Origin: Heterodontus francisci
Lineage: Eukaryota
DNA: 64,000 nt
Assembly: GCF_036365525.1 (NCBI RefSeq)
Contig: NC_090412.1
Coordinates: 21,892,029-21,956,028, forward strand
Reading direction: 5' to 3'
Of this stretch, positions 52,056 to 64,000 are shown piece by piece (the stretch's first letter is position 1; every line of letters starts with the position of its first letter). The notes below the pieces were generated by a model. That model did not search any database, was not told the DNA's origin, and saw nothing but the letters and a program-made list of their open reading frames with translations. The position numbers and the translations under genes were made by a program.

Positions 52056-52205
52056 ATGAACCCAACAAGCAACCACGGTGGGGAAAGTACCGGCTTCCAA
52101 TCCAAGGGCTCCTTAATTAATTGTTTGCAGGCCAAGCGAGATCTGGAGACAGCCATCAGCAGTATCATTCTGGCCGAACAGGAGATAAAAGCAAACAGTA
52201 ATGAG
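52056..52205 (+). CDS. NCOA4: NCOA4 first coding exon (MNPTS..CLQAKRDLETAISSIILAEQEIKANSNE)
   Basis: Acceptor tttcag|cag, ATG at 52056 and donor GAG|gtaagc. It matches the N-terminal coiled coil of NCOA4/ARA70. Confidence 0.92.
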
Positions 52206-52379
52206 GTAAGCCAAGCTTGGACCATGTTGAGTGGCTGGTGAGAACACTTGGGCCGATTTTTTTTTTTAAAGTAAAATCAAGTTTTTAATACTGTGGCCTG
52301 TAGTTTTTATTTTTTATATAGGTGCATACAATTTCTTGGAAAAGGAATGTCGTTGCTCAGTTTCTCGTTCTTTTTGTAG

Positions 52380-52520
52380 GTAAAATTTCAAATTCACAGC
52401 TGCATCAGTCGTCACATGGAGTGCCTGCGGAGTAGGGAGGTTTATCTCTTGGAGCAGATCGACCTTGTGCAACAGCTGAAGGAGGAATCCCTGCAGCAAC
52501 AGATTCAGCAGCTTTACTGG
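52380..52520 (+). CDS. NCOA4: NCOA4 coding exon 2 (VKFQIHSCISRHMECLRSREVYLLEQIDL..QQLYW)
   Basis: Highly conserved QIHSCISRH.ECLRSREV motif, AG/GT boundaries, 141 nt. Confidence 0.95.
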
Positions 52521-52799
52521 GTAAGGGAACAGTTGATGTGCCATTAGAGTAACAATTATAGAGGATGGTATTAAATTAGAAAACCACATTAGGGGCTCTT
52601 GGTGTACACTTCATTAAAAGGATCATGCAATGCTTGTGTTCTTGTGAAATTTTCATGAATGTTATGCTTTATAAAATGCTGAATTATGTATGTTGATAAA
52701 TTGATCCCTTTTATATTGAAATCCTACTCACCAGTGCAGTTTATTAGTAATAAACTAAGCCAATGTTTAAAATAAAACCTGAAGCTACTTTATTTTTTT

Positions 52800-53145
52800 T
52801 ATTAGAGATACAGCACTGAAACAGGCCCTTCGGCCCACCGAGTCTGTGCTGACCAACAACCACCCTTTTATACTAATCCTACATTAATCTCATATTCCCT
52901 ACTACACCCCCACCATTCTCCTACCACCTACCTACACTAGGGGCAATTTACAATGGGTAATTTACCTACCAACCTGCAAGTCTTTGGCTGTGGGAGGAAA
53001 CCAGAGCACCCGGCGGAAACCCACGCAGTCACAGGGAGAACTTGCAAACTCCGCACACCCAGAACTGAACCCGGGTCGCTGGAGCTTTGAGGCTGCGGTG
53101 CTAACCACTGCGCCGCCCTGCTAACCATTGTGCGACTGTGCCGCT
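52800..53145 (-). mobile_element. HE1-type V-SINE in an NCOA4 intron
   Basis: Same family as 15607-15957. Confidence 0.88.
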
Positions 53146-54250
53146 ACTGATGTATCTCAGGACTGAAATGACCAATGTTTTGTCTTCTGTACTTCATTGC
53201 CTATTCTATTTCCCCAACAATACCTTCCTCTACCCTATCTCTGTTCCTCTGCCACTAAAATCCATATCCCTGCATTTATCATCTCCAGACTTGATTTTTC
53301 TATTATCATCCCTTATGCTGCATAGACACCACCTGGCTCAGAATAGCTGTCCATCTCCTGCCCTGCAGTATGTCCCATTTGCTCATCATTTGACCTACAG
53401 TAACACTCTTTTTCTTTCCTTTTTTAAAAAAAAACTTCAGAGCCTTTTTTTTTGTTCTTATGAGGCATTTGGTTTACACCATCTAATCTAATCTAATCGC
53501 TTTCGCTCCCTCCACGGCGAGATGTCTATTGCCGTATCCATTCATACACTTATTGTCCTCTGGCCCCCATATAAATGGAAGTTGATTAGTTTCTTGCACT
53601 GACAACACCTCAGGTACCTGATGGTAGAGATTTGGAATTTGAGTTCTAATGTGTTGATTGAATTCCAGTATCTAAAACTGGATTATAAAAAAAGTTCTCA
53701 CTTATTTGAAAAGTGAACCGCATTAAAATCTTATCTTTGAATTTGGCCAGATCAGTGTATTCCAAGGGTTCCTCTGGATTGATCCTACTTCAAATTTAAT
53801 TTCTTATTCATGTCAGAGACTTCATCCTGGAATATTTGCTTCTTGCATCGCCGGCTGAGTCCGATGGATATGAGTTGGAGTTCCATAGCTGGGCTTGAGT
53901 GCACAAACTGGGCTGGGAAGTACTAAGGGAGTGCTGCATTGTTGATTAGTGTGGTGCCTCAAATGAAGGAATAAACTGAGATCCCAAATGCCCGTTCAGA
54001 TGGGCATTGAAGAGGAGCAGTAATTTTTTTTTTCTTTCCCTGTTCCCTACTGGGGTTTCTCCTTCAGCTAGTGATTCACCTCTGTTCTCTGTAGGATGCT
54101 GCTGGTGCAGAATATCTGCCACCTTGGGCCTGACAGCTTGCCAAACTAGGATTACTGTACTACGAGTAATTGAATTGTACAAAGAATGTTTGAGTTGTGC
54201 TGACATGATATAAGGTGCTGTATAAATGCAATTTTTATTTTTCCCCTCAG

Positions 54251-54339
54251 CTGCTGGGTCAGTTCAATTGCCTTATTCATCAATTGGAACATCCCCAGAG
54301 TAACCTTCCAACTGATCAAATTATAACCTGCCTGGAGAG
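54251..54339 (+). CDS. NCOA4: NCOA4 coding exon 3 (LLGQFNCLIHQLEHPQ..CLE-R)
   Basis: LLGQFNCL.HQLE motif; cctcag| and AG|gtgaga boundaries; 89 nt. Confidence 0.93.
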
Positions 54340-55306
54340 GTGAGAGTTGCCATGCAACCAATTGTGGCTTTTTAAAAAAAAAAAATGTTCTTGATCTGTA
54401 TACTTGTATATGAACTTGAAATCCGAATTAAGTTATAGAGTAATTTCAAGTCAGCCATATGGGTCCTTCGTTTTGAGCTTGTGATAGAATAAATGGCTGT
54501 TCTAACTAGCTCTGTTCAGTACATAGCTGTGTGTGACTGATCAGATGAGTGTGGGATTCTGTGACTGATTTAGGAGGGGTGTCTGATTCAGCAGCACTGT
54601 TTAAAATAATACCGTGTTCATGCTAAAGATATTTGGAGTTAGCATTCCAGTTCTAATCTCAGGTTTCAGGAAGTCGTGAGTTTACTTTATACCACTATCC
54701 CAAACTGTAGTGGTCACCATGTACACAAAAGCCCCCGACAAGTGGTCTGAAGCTCAACAGAAGCTTGGGACAGCACCTCATCTTTTGATTAGCACTTTAT
54801 AGCCTTCTGGATTCAACACTAAGTTCAACAATGTCAGATCACAACCACCATTTTCTTTCCAACAGCTGTTCGCAATGATTCTGCTATTGCCATTTACATC
54901 TCACCTTTTTGTTTATTTACTTGTCCCATTACCATCCCCTTTTGTCATTTAGTCTATCCTGCCTTCCACCCCATCACAGACCTTGCCTTTTGTTCTTCCC
55001 GCCCCCACTCACTTTTCCCTGCCTCTGTACTTGCTTAAAATCTGCTACGTCTTTAACATTTTCCAGTTCTGTTGAAAAGCTGTCTTGAAAAGGGAGCTCT
55101 GTTTCTCTCTCCACAGATGCTGCCTGAAGTGAATATTTCCAGTGCTTTCTGTTTGTTTTAGATTTCCAGCATTTGTAGTGTTTTGCTTTTGTTTTGGAAT
55201 GGCTTGCGTGTGTTAAGTGATCCCACAGCTTTTCTGGCACTTAAGGTATTAAGAAATAAATAATAAAACGCAGCCTTTTACAGATTTAGTATTTGTCCCA
55301 TTCCAG

Positions 55307-55415
55307 ATTGAAGAACTTGACCCTGAAACCAGAAGAATCTCCAACCCTGAATTTTGAGGCCGATGTCCCTTCACTCCGCCAAGCCATTACAAGCTTTGGG
55401 GCCATCAAAACGCTG
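55307..55415 (+). CDS. NCOA4: NCOA4 coding exon 4 (LKNLTLKPEESPTLNFEADVPSLRQAITSFGAIKTL)
   Basis: LTLKPE..FEAD..LRQ.IT.FG motif; phase-2 acceptor and donor |gtaaga. Confidence 0.93.
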
Positions 55416-56206
55416 GTAAGAGTCTTAACCTGTCTGAGTTTAAAGAAGATTTATTTTTGTCTCAAGGGTGTATGGTTTGGAGCAAATGAAGTTGCTAATT
55501 ATTGGCGGAAGGTTTGTGTCGCAATGAGAAATGATCCTTTATTTGCTGACTACCAATGTATGCTGAACTATTGAGCACATTTCATTTGGAGCATTACTTC
55601 TACATTGGCTAATTGTCCTTGTGGCTTCTTTGTAAAGGGTTGCTTCACTAATGACCGTGTTGTAACTGTCCAGATGGAGCCTTAGATTTAATCTAAATTT
55701 AGCATTCACAAGAATCAGGAATAACCAGTATTTTAACTTTGTGGCTTTAGGGTGTGCCTTTCTGTTCTGATATTCCTACAAAGGCTCTGCTCTCCCTTGC
55801 TCCTCTTAAAATGATTCAATGTGATCAAACCTGTGCTACTTTAATGACGCAACTGAGTGGTGTAATCTGTGTAACAGAAAAGCTACTTTAGTAACCTAAG
55901 GGTTTGGCAGGGTCACAGTTTTCTTATCACCACGGTGGCTAAAGATTGTTTGGGTGGATTTGGAGACTTTGGCTTAGATTTGAAACCTGGATTAGAACCA
56001 ACAGTTTCTCCTTCTGGTTTGAAGAAAAAGGCAGGTGACTAATGCAATTCCAAGTTTTGGGACAGCAAATGAGTTAGTATTTAAACCAAGTGAGTGAGTG
56101 ACGTGGGCTCATTTAGTTTGGCAAGTGTGACAAGTAGGACTCTTCTTGTGTGTGCATTGACTGCACAACTACAGGAATCAAAGGAATTATTTCTGGTCTT
56201 GTGTAG

Positions 56207-56284
56207 GTTTCAGAGACTGAGTACAAGAGTCCTTGCAACATGGCAGCCAATCTAGATTACTGCTTGGTACCGCTGCTGGCAAAG
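56207..56284 (+). CDS. NCOA4: NCOA4 coding exon 5 (VSETEYKSPCNMAANLDYCLVPLLAK)
   Basis: In-frame 78-nt exon, gtgtag| and AAG|gtaagc, in the expected position. Sequence conservation is low. Confidence 0.7.
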
Positions 56285-56990
56285 GTAAGCCTTTTTCTTT
56301 TAAAATTTTGATGTCACATCCCGTGCAGTTCTAAGTGAGTTGATTTTGTTGTTCCTGATCTGTGTTTTATATTGTTTAAAAGCAGCACTGTTTTCACTAC
56401 TGGAGTATATGTGCCAAGTCCATAACCCACTAATGGTGTCAATTGCTGTATGAAGACCACTGATGGCACTGGGGATGCATGAGATTGTGGGTGGGTGGTG
56501 GGGGGAAATTCCAGCACAACTTGAGTATAAAATTAGGCAATGTCGGGGACTGCTGGTTTGCTATTGGTCTTTTTCCTCAGCAAACCTCAACTTTCGGTTT
56601 GGGTTCAAGTCTTAGCAGCCTGTTGGTCTTTGCATCTTCTGGTCTTCCTTACAGTATTCATGTTTTGTAATTAAGCAAATGCTAATGTTGCACAAAAAAG
56701 TATTTGTAAATGCCTTCACAATTGAATTGTGACATTGTTGATTTATATTCAAGCAGGCAGAGGGTGAGTGATGGTCACCTGATTGTAGCTGTCATCTTTA
56801 GAAAAGTAGTGAGCCTCTGTTCTCTGCCTCCCATGGTGGAATGACCAGAGATTTCGATGTCCCACACACTGCAGATGTGACCATCTGGAGCATTGGGCCA
56901 CCTCATGAACCTTCTGTTTTGCCCTGCTGCTGTTTGACTTTACATCCTTAACTTAAGGCAGTAGCACTAATGTTGGCAATCTTCTTGCAG

Positions 56991-57104
56991 AAATCATTCC
57001 CCAATGGAAAGGAATGCCCGCTTGCTGACTGGCTGTGTAGTCCTCCTCCTGCAAAGATGCCAATTTTGAACCTGCAGGATTGTCTACTGAAACAGTCTGG
57101 CCAG
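56991..57104 (+). CDS. NCOA4: NCOA4 coding exon 6 (KSFPNGKECPLADWLCS..LQDCLLKQSGQ)
   Basis: cttcttgcag| and CAG|gtgggt boundaries; P-L-x-D-W-L motif. Confidence 0.85.
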
Positions 57105-59040
57105 GTGGGTATCGATCGATTGCCTGGAGTTGTAAAGTCTTGTTGCATACTGATAGTTTTCTATTTTAGGATAAAGTGGTGGATTGTGTTGCCACAATTT
57201 TTAAGTAACTCACTACTAGTGTTTGTCATGTGTCTGTTACTGCTAGGAGCAATTTGAGATAATAGATTGGAGCTTTGTTATAGTATTGAAAGCTTTTTTT
57301 TTTCTCCCGCCCCCCCCCCCCCCATTCTCCTCTCCTGTCACATATAGCACAGATTGACTTATCAATATGTGCTGACAGCATCTTGAATTTTAAAAGATGT
57401 GACATTTGTGGAACTGTTTGCACTGCGATGTCTCTGAAGGCCAGTATCCACATGCTTTATCATTTAAAAAAAAAATCTAATTCTATATTATCCACTCTGA
57501 ACTAACTTAATCCTTTTAAAACAAAGATTAATTGTGATACACATTACTTTTTTAATATTTTTAAAGGCACTGTAAAACCTGAGTGAAAGGATCCATTTAT
57601 ATTTCTGTCCAATTCTGGAGATTTTCTGGTGGGCCATTGCAATGTGATGTTTCACAGCACCAGTGAAAAATCCCACTTGCTCAGTTATCCAAACCTTTGA
57701 TATAAGGCAGAAATTGATTTCAGTGTGTTTAAAAACACATGAAAGTGTCTTTCGTTCAGTACTTTCTCGCACGTTACGTCTAACAGTTTTGCATTGATTC
57801 TAATCCAGGGTAATCTTAAAAATGAAGACTAGTTGACTGGTTTCAAACCAAGTGACACAGCTATTTGCTACACCAATTTTAAATTGGAACTACTGAGGAA
57901 CATTAACCTAATGTTCTTTTTGTTTTAGTTCTTTACTTCTGAGGGTAAAACTGGATTAAGTCATGCATAGTAATAGTAAAAATAGAAAAATGGGGTATGA
58001 TGTACATTGGTCTGTTAAAGTGCATTATTATGCAAATGTTTTTGCTTGCTTAGCGTTTCCATTAAGTGCTGATTAGATTATACATCTTTGAACTCTGGCT
58101 CATCTAATCATTAATTAGCAGGGCAATTTAACAAACTATAATGTTCATTAGATCACTTTAAATACCTATAGAAAGGTGTAGCTTTGGAAATGACAAACCA
58201 TGTAAGTCATTGTCTTCAGTCCCCACCACAAACCTTGCTTCTTAGCCATTGGAAACTGTCTGAGGCTTAACCAGACTGTTCGCAAACTGTTATATTTGAC
58301 CCCTAAATGAGCTTCTGTGCCATCATGAAGACTGCCTATTTCCACCTCCTGTAACATTGCCCAACGCCAACCCGGCCTCAGCTTATCTGCTGCTGAAATT
58401 CTCATCCATGCCTTTGTTACCTTTAGAGTATCTAATGCACTTTTGGCCAGCCTCCCATGCTCCACCCTCTGTTAAACTTGAGGTCATCCAAAGCTCTGCT
58501 GCCTGTGTCCTAACTCGCACCAAGTCCTCTTCACCCATCAGCCCTGTGCTTTCTGGTCAAGCAATGCCTCTTTTTTTTTTTTTTTGTTCTGGCCTCTTGA
58601 GCAACCCTGATTTTAATTGCTCCACCATTGGTGTCTAAGCCCTAAACTCTGGAATTCACTTCCCCTTTACCTACTTTCCTACTTTTTCATGTTATTACCA
58701 AATTATTTTTGCAAGCTTCTATTGATCCTGGTTGTGGACCTTCCTTGTAGTTAGGTAGGTGTTCATACAGGCTCAGCCTGCCTGGGACTAGTCAAAACCA
58801 ATGGCACTTAACTGTAGACAAACCAATTTGGTAATATGTCTGCTGTTGGAGGCAACCATGTGATATAAACAGGTGATTCAGAGGTAACATAATAGTGAAT
58901 AGGTATATTTGAAATTCTGTGCTCAGTTCATGCCTGTATATCTCTGGAGTAGATTAACGTTGGGATTCAGTGCTGAAGTCTGGATAGTGTTCTGCATTAG
59001 GGAAATCTGAAATTCACGGCAATATTTAATTTTTCCATAG

Positions 59041-60270
59041 GGATCCCTACCAAATCAGAGTGCAATGGATCCAGACCAGTACAAAATGCCAGTCTGGGGA
59101 CATCAGAAGGGCCTTGAGCACTGGCTGCTTCCTGACAAGCAGAAGAGTAACCCAGCTGAGAACATTACGACTGAACAATACACCCAAACCGCCACCAGCT
59201 GTAACCTGAGCCCAGAAAACCCAGACTACTACAGAATGCAGGCCTGGGTTCATCGGCAGGGCCTTGAGCACTGGCTTTTTCCCAGGAAGCAGAATGATGA
59301 CACAACTGAGAAGACCAGTGCACTGCATCGCACAAGTCCCACTAACGATAATCCAAAGGATCTGAATTACTACAAATTGCAAGCCTGGGGGCATCGACAG
59401 GGCCTTGAGTACTGGCTACTTCCTGACCAGCAGAACTCCAGTCCTACCAAGGATGTCCCTGCACGCCAGCGTACTGAGTCATCAGGTAGTTCTTCCACCT
59501 TTGAGCTCATAGAGGAATTTGACATGGAGGTTGTGGACCAAGAAGTGGAAGAACTAAACCCATCTTCTGGAAAAATAAGCCTCACTGATGTGAAGAGAAC
59601 ACATTCTGAAAAAACAAGTGGTGGCAGCATCAATGAAGACAAGTGGAAATCCATCACACAACCTTTCAGAGAGAAGTATAACACGAGTGAGTGGCTTTTG
59701 AAGCCGAGCAAGGCTGAATCCTGTGGTAGTTGCTGTGCTGTTCAGACAAAAGCAGTTGAGATTGAAAACCTTGGCAAGCTGAAGTGCCTGAGTGAGCACC
59801 ATAGTGCCAAGAAGCCATCGCCTGCTTCACCAAACAATGCCTGCCACCTTCAACCACCATTGCCAATCCGACTGGCGGATGTGTGTAAAGCTAACGAGCA
59901 ATGCAGCAGTTTCTCAGAGTGTGTTTGTGGCCGAAGTTGTGAAAAGGAGGCGGTCAATGAGTGGCTACTTAAACAAGGAGGGAGAGACAAGAATGGTGTG
60001 CAGACAGGCCAGCCAAGCAAACATACTGTTGAGCAGCAGAAGACTGATTTAGATCAGTGGCTGCATCCCCAGTCAAAATCCATAAAAGAGCCACCTCCAG
60101 AGTCCTTTGTCAGCAATCCTGTGAAGTTGCCTGAAAGCCTGAAGTCAAGCACTCTACTCAACCCTCCCAGAAATCTGGATAAGTCGGTGGCCTCTAAAAG
60201 GTCTGAGCACACTGAGAAGGGAGCTGAGCTTGAAGTAGAGAATAAATTTTTGTTGCGCAAGGAGGCACAT
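59041..60270 (+). CDS. NCOA4: NCOA4 large coding exon 7 (410 aa)
   Basis: ttttccatag| and CAT|gtaaga boundaries. Motifs GLEHWLL, VEIENLGKLKCL, VCKANEQCSSFSECVC, EWLLKQGGRDKNG and NKFLLRK. Confidence 0.95.
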
Positions 60271-62831
60271 GTAAGAATCCTATTATGTATTATGTTTGCT
60301 ATCTGTTAATTTAACAGGGTGGATTGGTTCATACTTTCGTCATTTGACGATGAACCAATTCCATTCACCAGATGGGTACGGAAATCCATAGACTATCAAA
60401 TCACTCCAAAATAATAGTTCGTTTCACTTCTCAAGGTGGCCATGTTGCTTTTTCTACCATTTGAGTGGCCATAAATTTTTCAGCCATGGAAATGCCTGTA
60501 GCATTCCTCAATGTAGTCTCGCCTCTTTCCCCGGGGCCAAAGCTTTCCCGAGGTTCCCAGTGATTGCGGATATTTTCAGCAGTCTGAGCAGGCTCCACCT
60601 TTGCAGCCCATGACAATTGGGAGGCAATAATGTTAGTATACAGTTTAGTATTTGTTTGAGAGAGATATGAAAGCTTTATAGCACATTAGCCATGTGGACG
60701 TTGCTTCAAAATCGTTAAATGGGTAAAAGATCTTCAGTAAGAATTCCAAAGGTCCCTGTTTTATTAAGTCTGATTAGAAAGCTGTGCTTTCACCTCAATG
60801 AGCTGGGTTTTAAACAAACAGCCAGAGAATAAAGGTCATCCTCTCTTGTGAGCTGTTTAGGTTTAGCCTCTGTCTCCATTCCAGTGGAATCCATTCCATT
60901 TCATTTTGGGGTTGCTATGATTACAAATTGTTCCATTCTTGCCGATTTACCTTATTGAATAGTATTTACCTCAGACTTTGGTCTCCATTTAACTTCATCA
61001 AATCTATTACTGTCCAGAAGTTTTACATCTCACCTTGCACAGCACCTTTTTGAGGATATGCATTTAAACGTCCAAATCAAGAACCAGTTGTGCATAGCCC
61101 CAGCTGGTGGTAGGCAGATGTCATTGATCATAGAGTAGTTTTTGCAGTGAAAAGGGTTGTTTGTATGGCTGTTGTTCATTGATAGCCGAGATTTTTGATG
61201 TAGTTTTCATTGTTCTCCAACAAATTCATCTTCCTAAAGAATAGGACAGCTGGCACAGGGCAAAGATCGCATAGGGAGTTGAATTGGATATACTCTAGTT
61301 GAGAAGCGGCTGACAGGTCACAGTGCAATGTGTGTTTTTTTAAACTTAGCCAGTCGGAGGATGCAGCTTTTCAGTGCCAAATCTGAAACTGTGTTCAGTT
61401 GGATTCCTTCAATCTAGTATTGGATTCTTGAAAATTGAATGTGGTGATTATAAATGGATTCCGACTTTGAGCCCAGGCTCTAGTGGTGAATATCAGTAAT
61501 CTGCCATTTTGCTCGGCCATTGGAGTTGATCTTGGGTGTGGCTGACTCTCTCCCCTCTCCATGAACCAAACGTTACAGGAGAATCTAGTTATGGGTGTCA
61601 CCAATTGTGCCTTTTTGCAGCAGTTTCATCAATTGAAAGTGATTGCTCATGGTCTATTCTTCCCTGTACTCAACTAATGTTGAGGCTAGTGCATTACAGG
61701 TTTAATGACAAAGTGGAAATTCTTTTCAAAGTTCTGATATTCAGCCTACAATTATTGATGTTTCCCAAGACATTGAACTGTCTGTGTTTGTGCATAGGAA
61801 CTAAATGGTGTAGCCGACGTGTCCACTCTTTTCTCTAATCTGAACCTTGTTGTCGATCGAGAGAAGCTTCTTGCAAAGGTCAGTATCTGCAGTGTGGCAT
61901 TGCCAATGTAAATGGGCTATCTGACTGTGTACTGTACATCTAATCTTTCACTGAAAGAGCCAATCCAGCAAGTTTTGGGATGCTCCAATTCTGCTCTTGT
62001 CTTTTATCCAGCCATACCTTGTAATAGTGGTCACTGGGTGGCTTTTTTTTTTAATCAATTTATGCCCTGGTATAGATACATTAAATTTGAGGGTGATTGT
62101 TTCACTGCGTAAGACAATAGCATGACCAAGAATTTAGTGCTGGTAACAGTGAGAAAATACCTGAGCAGTTTATCACTTAGATTTGAAACCATCCCAGGCT
62201 GATGCTCCTGTTTCATTCTGCTCCCTCCCATCTCTATTTGACCAGTAAATTATGATACTTGGAGAGACTGAGATCTAGCTGGTGAGGGTAATGGATTTGT
62301 TACATATTTTGATCTCACTTAAATGTTTAACGCTTCACCTGATTTTGAGACTTAACTATACGGAGTTGATTTGAGCTCAGCTGAACCAGCAGAAATTAGT
62401 CTTGGTGCTAGAAAAGGTTGAGCTATACCCCAATCCTGATTGCTATCCAGTGACAGTATAGAGTTCAGTTTGGTTGTGACACTGTCCCTCTCTTCCCCTA
62501 TATGCTTGCTATCTGACCTCATGTAGAAGAAAAGCCACTTGGTTGTTAGCAATATGAGAGAACTTTGTGGGATGGGTTTCTGTTTAGGGTAAATGAAACT
62601 TTACCCTGAATCTGATCAAGAGCTGTGAGTGCTTGCTTGTATTGGGTGAAAAAGTGAGAATGTTCCGTTTTCTGTGACACATATCTCTTTGACCGTGCAT
62701 TCACTGCACTGAAAGGGCCGTGTGTTCTCATCGTGATTGGATCTGGTGTAGTTTAAAGTAGTTTTCTATTAAGTGTATTTCTGATTGCTGTCAAATTTCT
62801 GATCCATAAATTCTTTTCTTTTCTCATGTAG

Positions 62832-62918
62832 GAGCAATCCAAATCGTTTGGCAATCTGTTTGCTCATTTTAAGGAGCCTTTTGACCCAGAGAAGTGGCTA
62901 TACAAAGGTCCTCGCAGG
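62832..62918 (+). CDS. NCOA4: NCOA4 coding exon 8 (EQSKSFGNLFAHFKEPFDPEKWLYKGPRR)
   Basis: catgtag| acceptor and the LFA..D.EKWLY C-terminal motif. It ends either at the donor AGG|gtcagt or by read-through to TGA at 62936. Confidence 0.88.
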
Positions 62919-64000
62919 GTCAGTAATTGGATGTGATCAGATTAGGGAAGGGGAAATTAGGTGGTATGTAAACTGCATGCATGGAGATTTTTGTTTTTCC
63001 CCCACTTGCCCGGGATTATGGACGTAATGTAGGTTTTTGTTTTTTGTTGCACTGAGATTGGAACTGGTCAACCCGTAGAGTCTGGGACTTTCAGCAGCTG
63101 AGGAGTTTGTGCGCAGACTGCATGTAATGTCAGTGCAGAGCATGGTTTTGTATAACCAAATAAAGGCACATGGGGAATTTCTGGCATGTCTGAGAGGAAA
63201 TGTCCCCACTGAGCAGTTTTAAAAACAAATCATTATTTGGTTTTCAGATTTTTGTTTGGCATGGGTATGAAGAGCTATAGAGCCAGAATGGGTAAATGGA
63301 GTTAAGACATGGACCAACCATGATCTAATTAAATGGCGGTTAAGTTCGAGGGCTGACTGGCCTACTTGTGTTCCTTGTACCCTGACTGAATGCTGAAGTA
63401 ATAGATTAAATCCTTCTCTAATGATATGTCCTTTAATGTAGATTGAACAAGGCCCACGGGGAGCCTATATCCCAAAGGTCAGTGGAATCTGTTGATCAGG
63501 AAAAGCGACTGGACAAGATCCTCATTTGGTTGGTAATGCATACTATATTTCTCTATAATATAAGCTCGAGAAGAAGGGTATATGAGGGCTTTTAGCTATT
63601 TGTAATGTTGCGTTGGAAGTCTGTGCACTAGTGTTCCTGGTATTGAAGCAGAAGGTAGGAATTGGGACTTTAACAGTTTATACATTTTTGTACTTTATAC
63701 CTAATTTTAGGATATTCTTGTGGCAAGATACACCAGTGTGTCACGGCACAGACCAAGTATTGTGACTGATTCGTGTAATCTCGGCTAACACGAGGTTGCT
63801 TTCACACGGAATGGAGGGAGGATCCATGGCGTTATTCACTCACGCTTTCTAACGGCCAGTTCAAGAATTACGGAGACTTGGGTAGCAAGTTGTCTGCCAG
63901 ATGTCTGAAGGGGGAGGTGAAGGACACTAGGGGAGGAGCTGCAATCTAATTTAAATATCTTTGTGCAACCCATGACGAAATCACACACATCTTTTACTTC

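Overview
Vertebrate nuclear DNA, most likely from a cartilaginous fish. This is inferred from HE1-type V-SINEs, many SacSINE1/AmnSINE1-like Deu-SINEs, CR1 LINEs and Penelope-like termini. Two spliced + strand genes can be rebuilt by hand. PLAC9 has 4 coding exons (9856-19738) encoding an 88-aa secreted protein, with a 2.2-kb 46-bp minisatellite in intron 1. NCOA4 has 8 coding exons (52056-62918, about 666 aa plus an uncertain terminus) and a TATA/CpG promoter at about 48.2-48.6 kb. Between the two genes lie a ~2.2-kb polypyrimidine tract enclosing a 5'-truncated copy of the oocyte linker histone H1.8/B4, a second CpG-rich promoter-like site at about 31 kb with a 34-bp VNTR, a decayed PIF/Harbinger transposon and a near-complete CR1 LINE. 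The most notable observation concerns NCOA4: it keeps the iron-sensing Cys cluster but seems to lack the ferritin-H binding residues known from mammals, and it has a triplicated W-x-H-x-x-G-L-E-x-W-L motif. Homology calls come from my recall of the protein and repeat families, not from database searches. Repeat boundaries are approximate.
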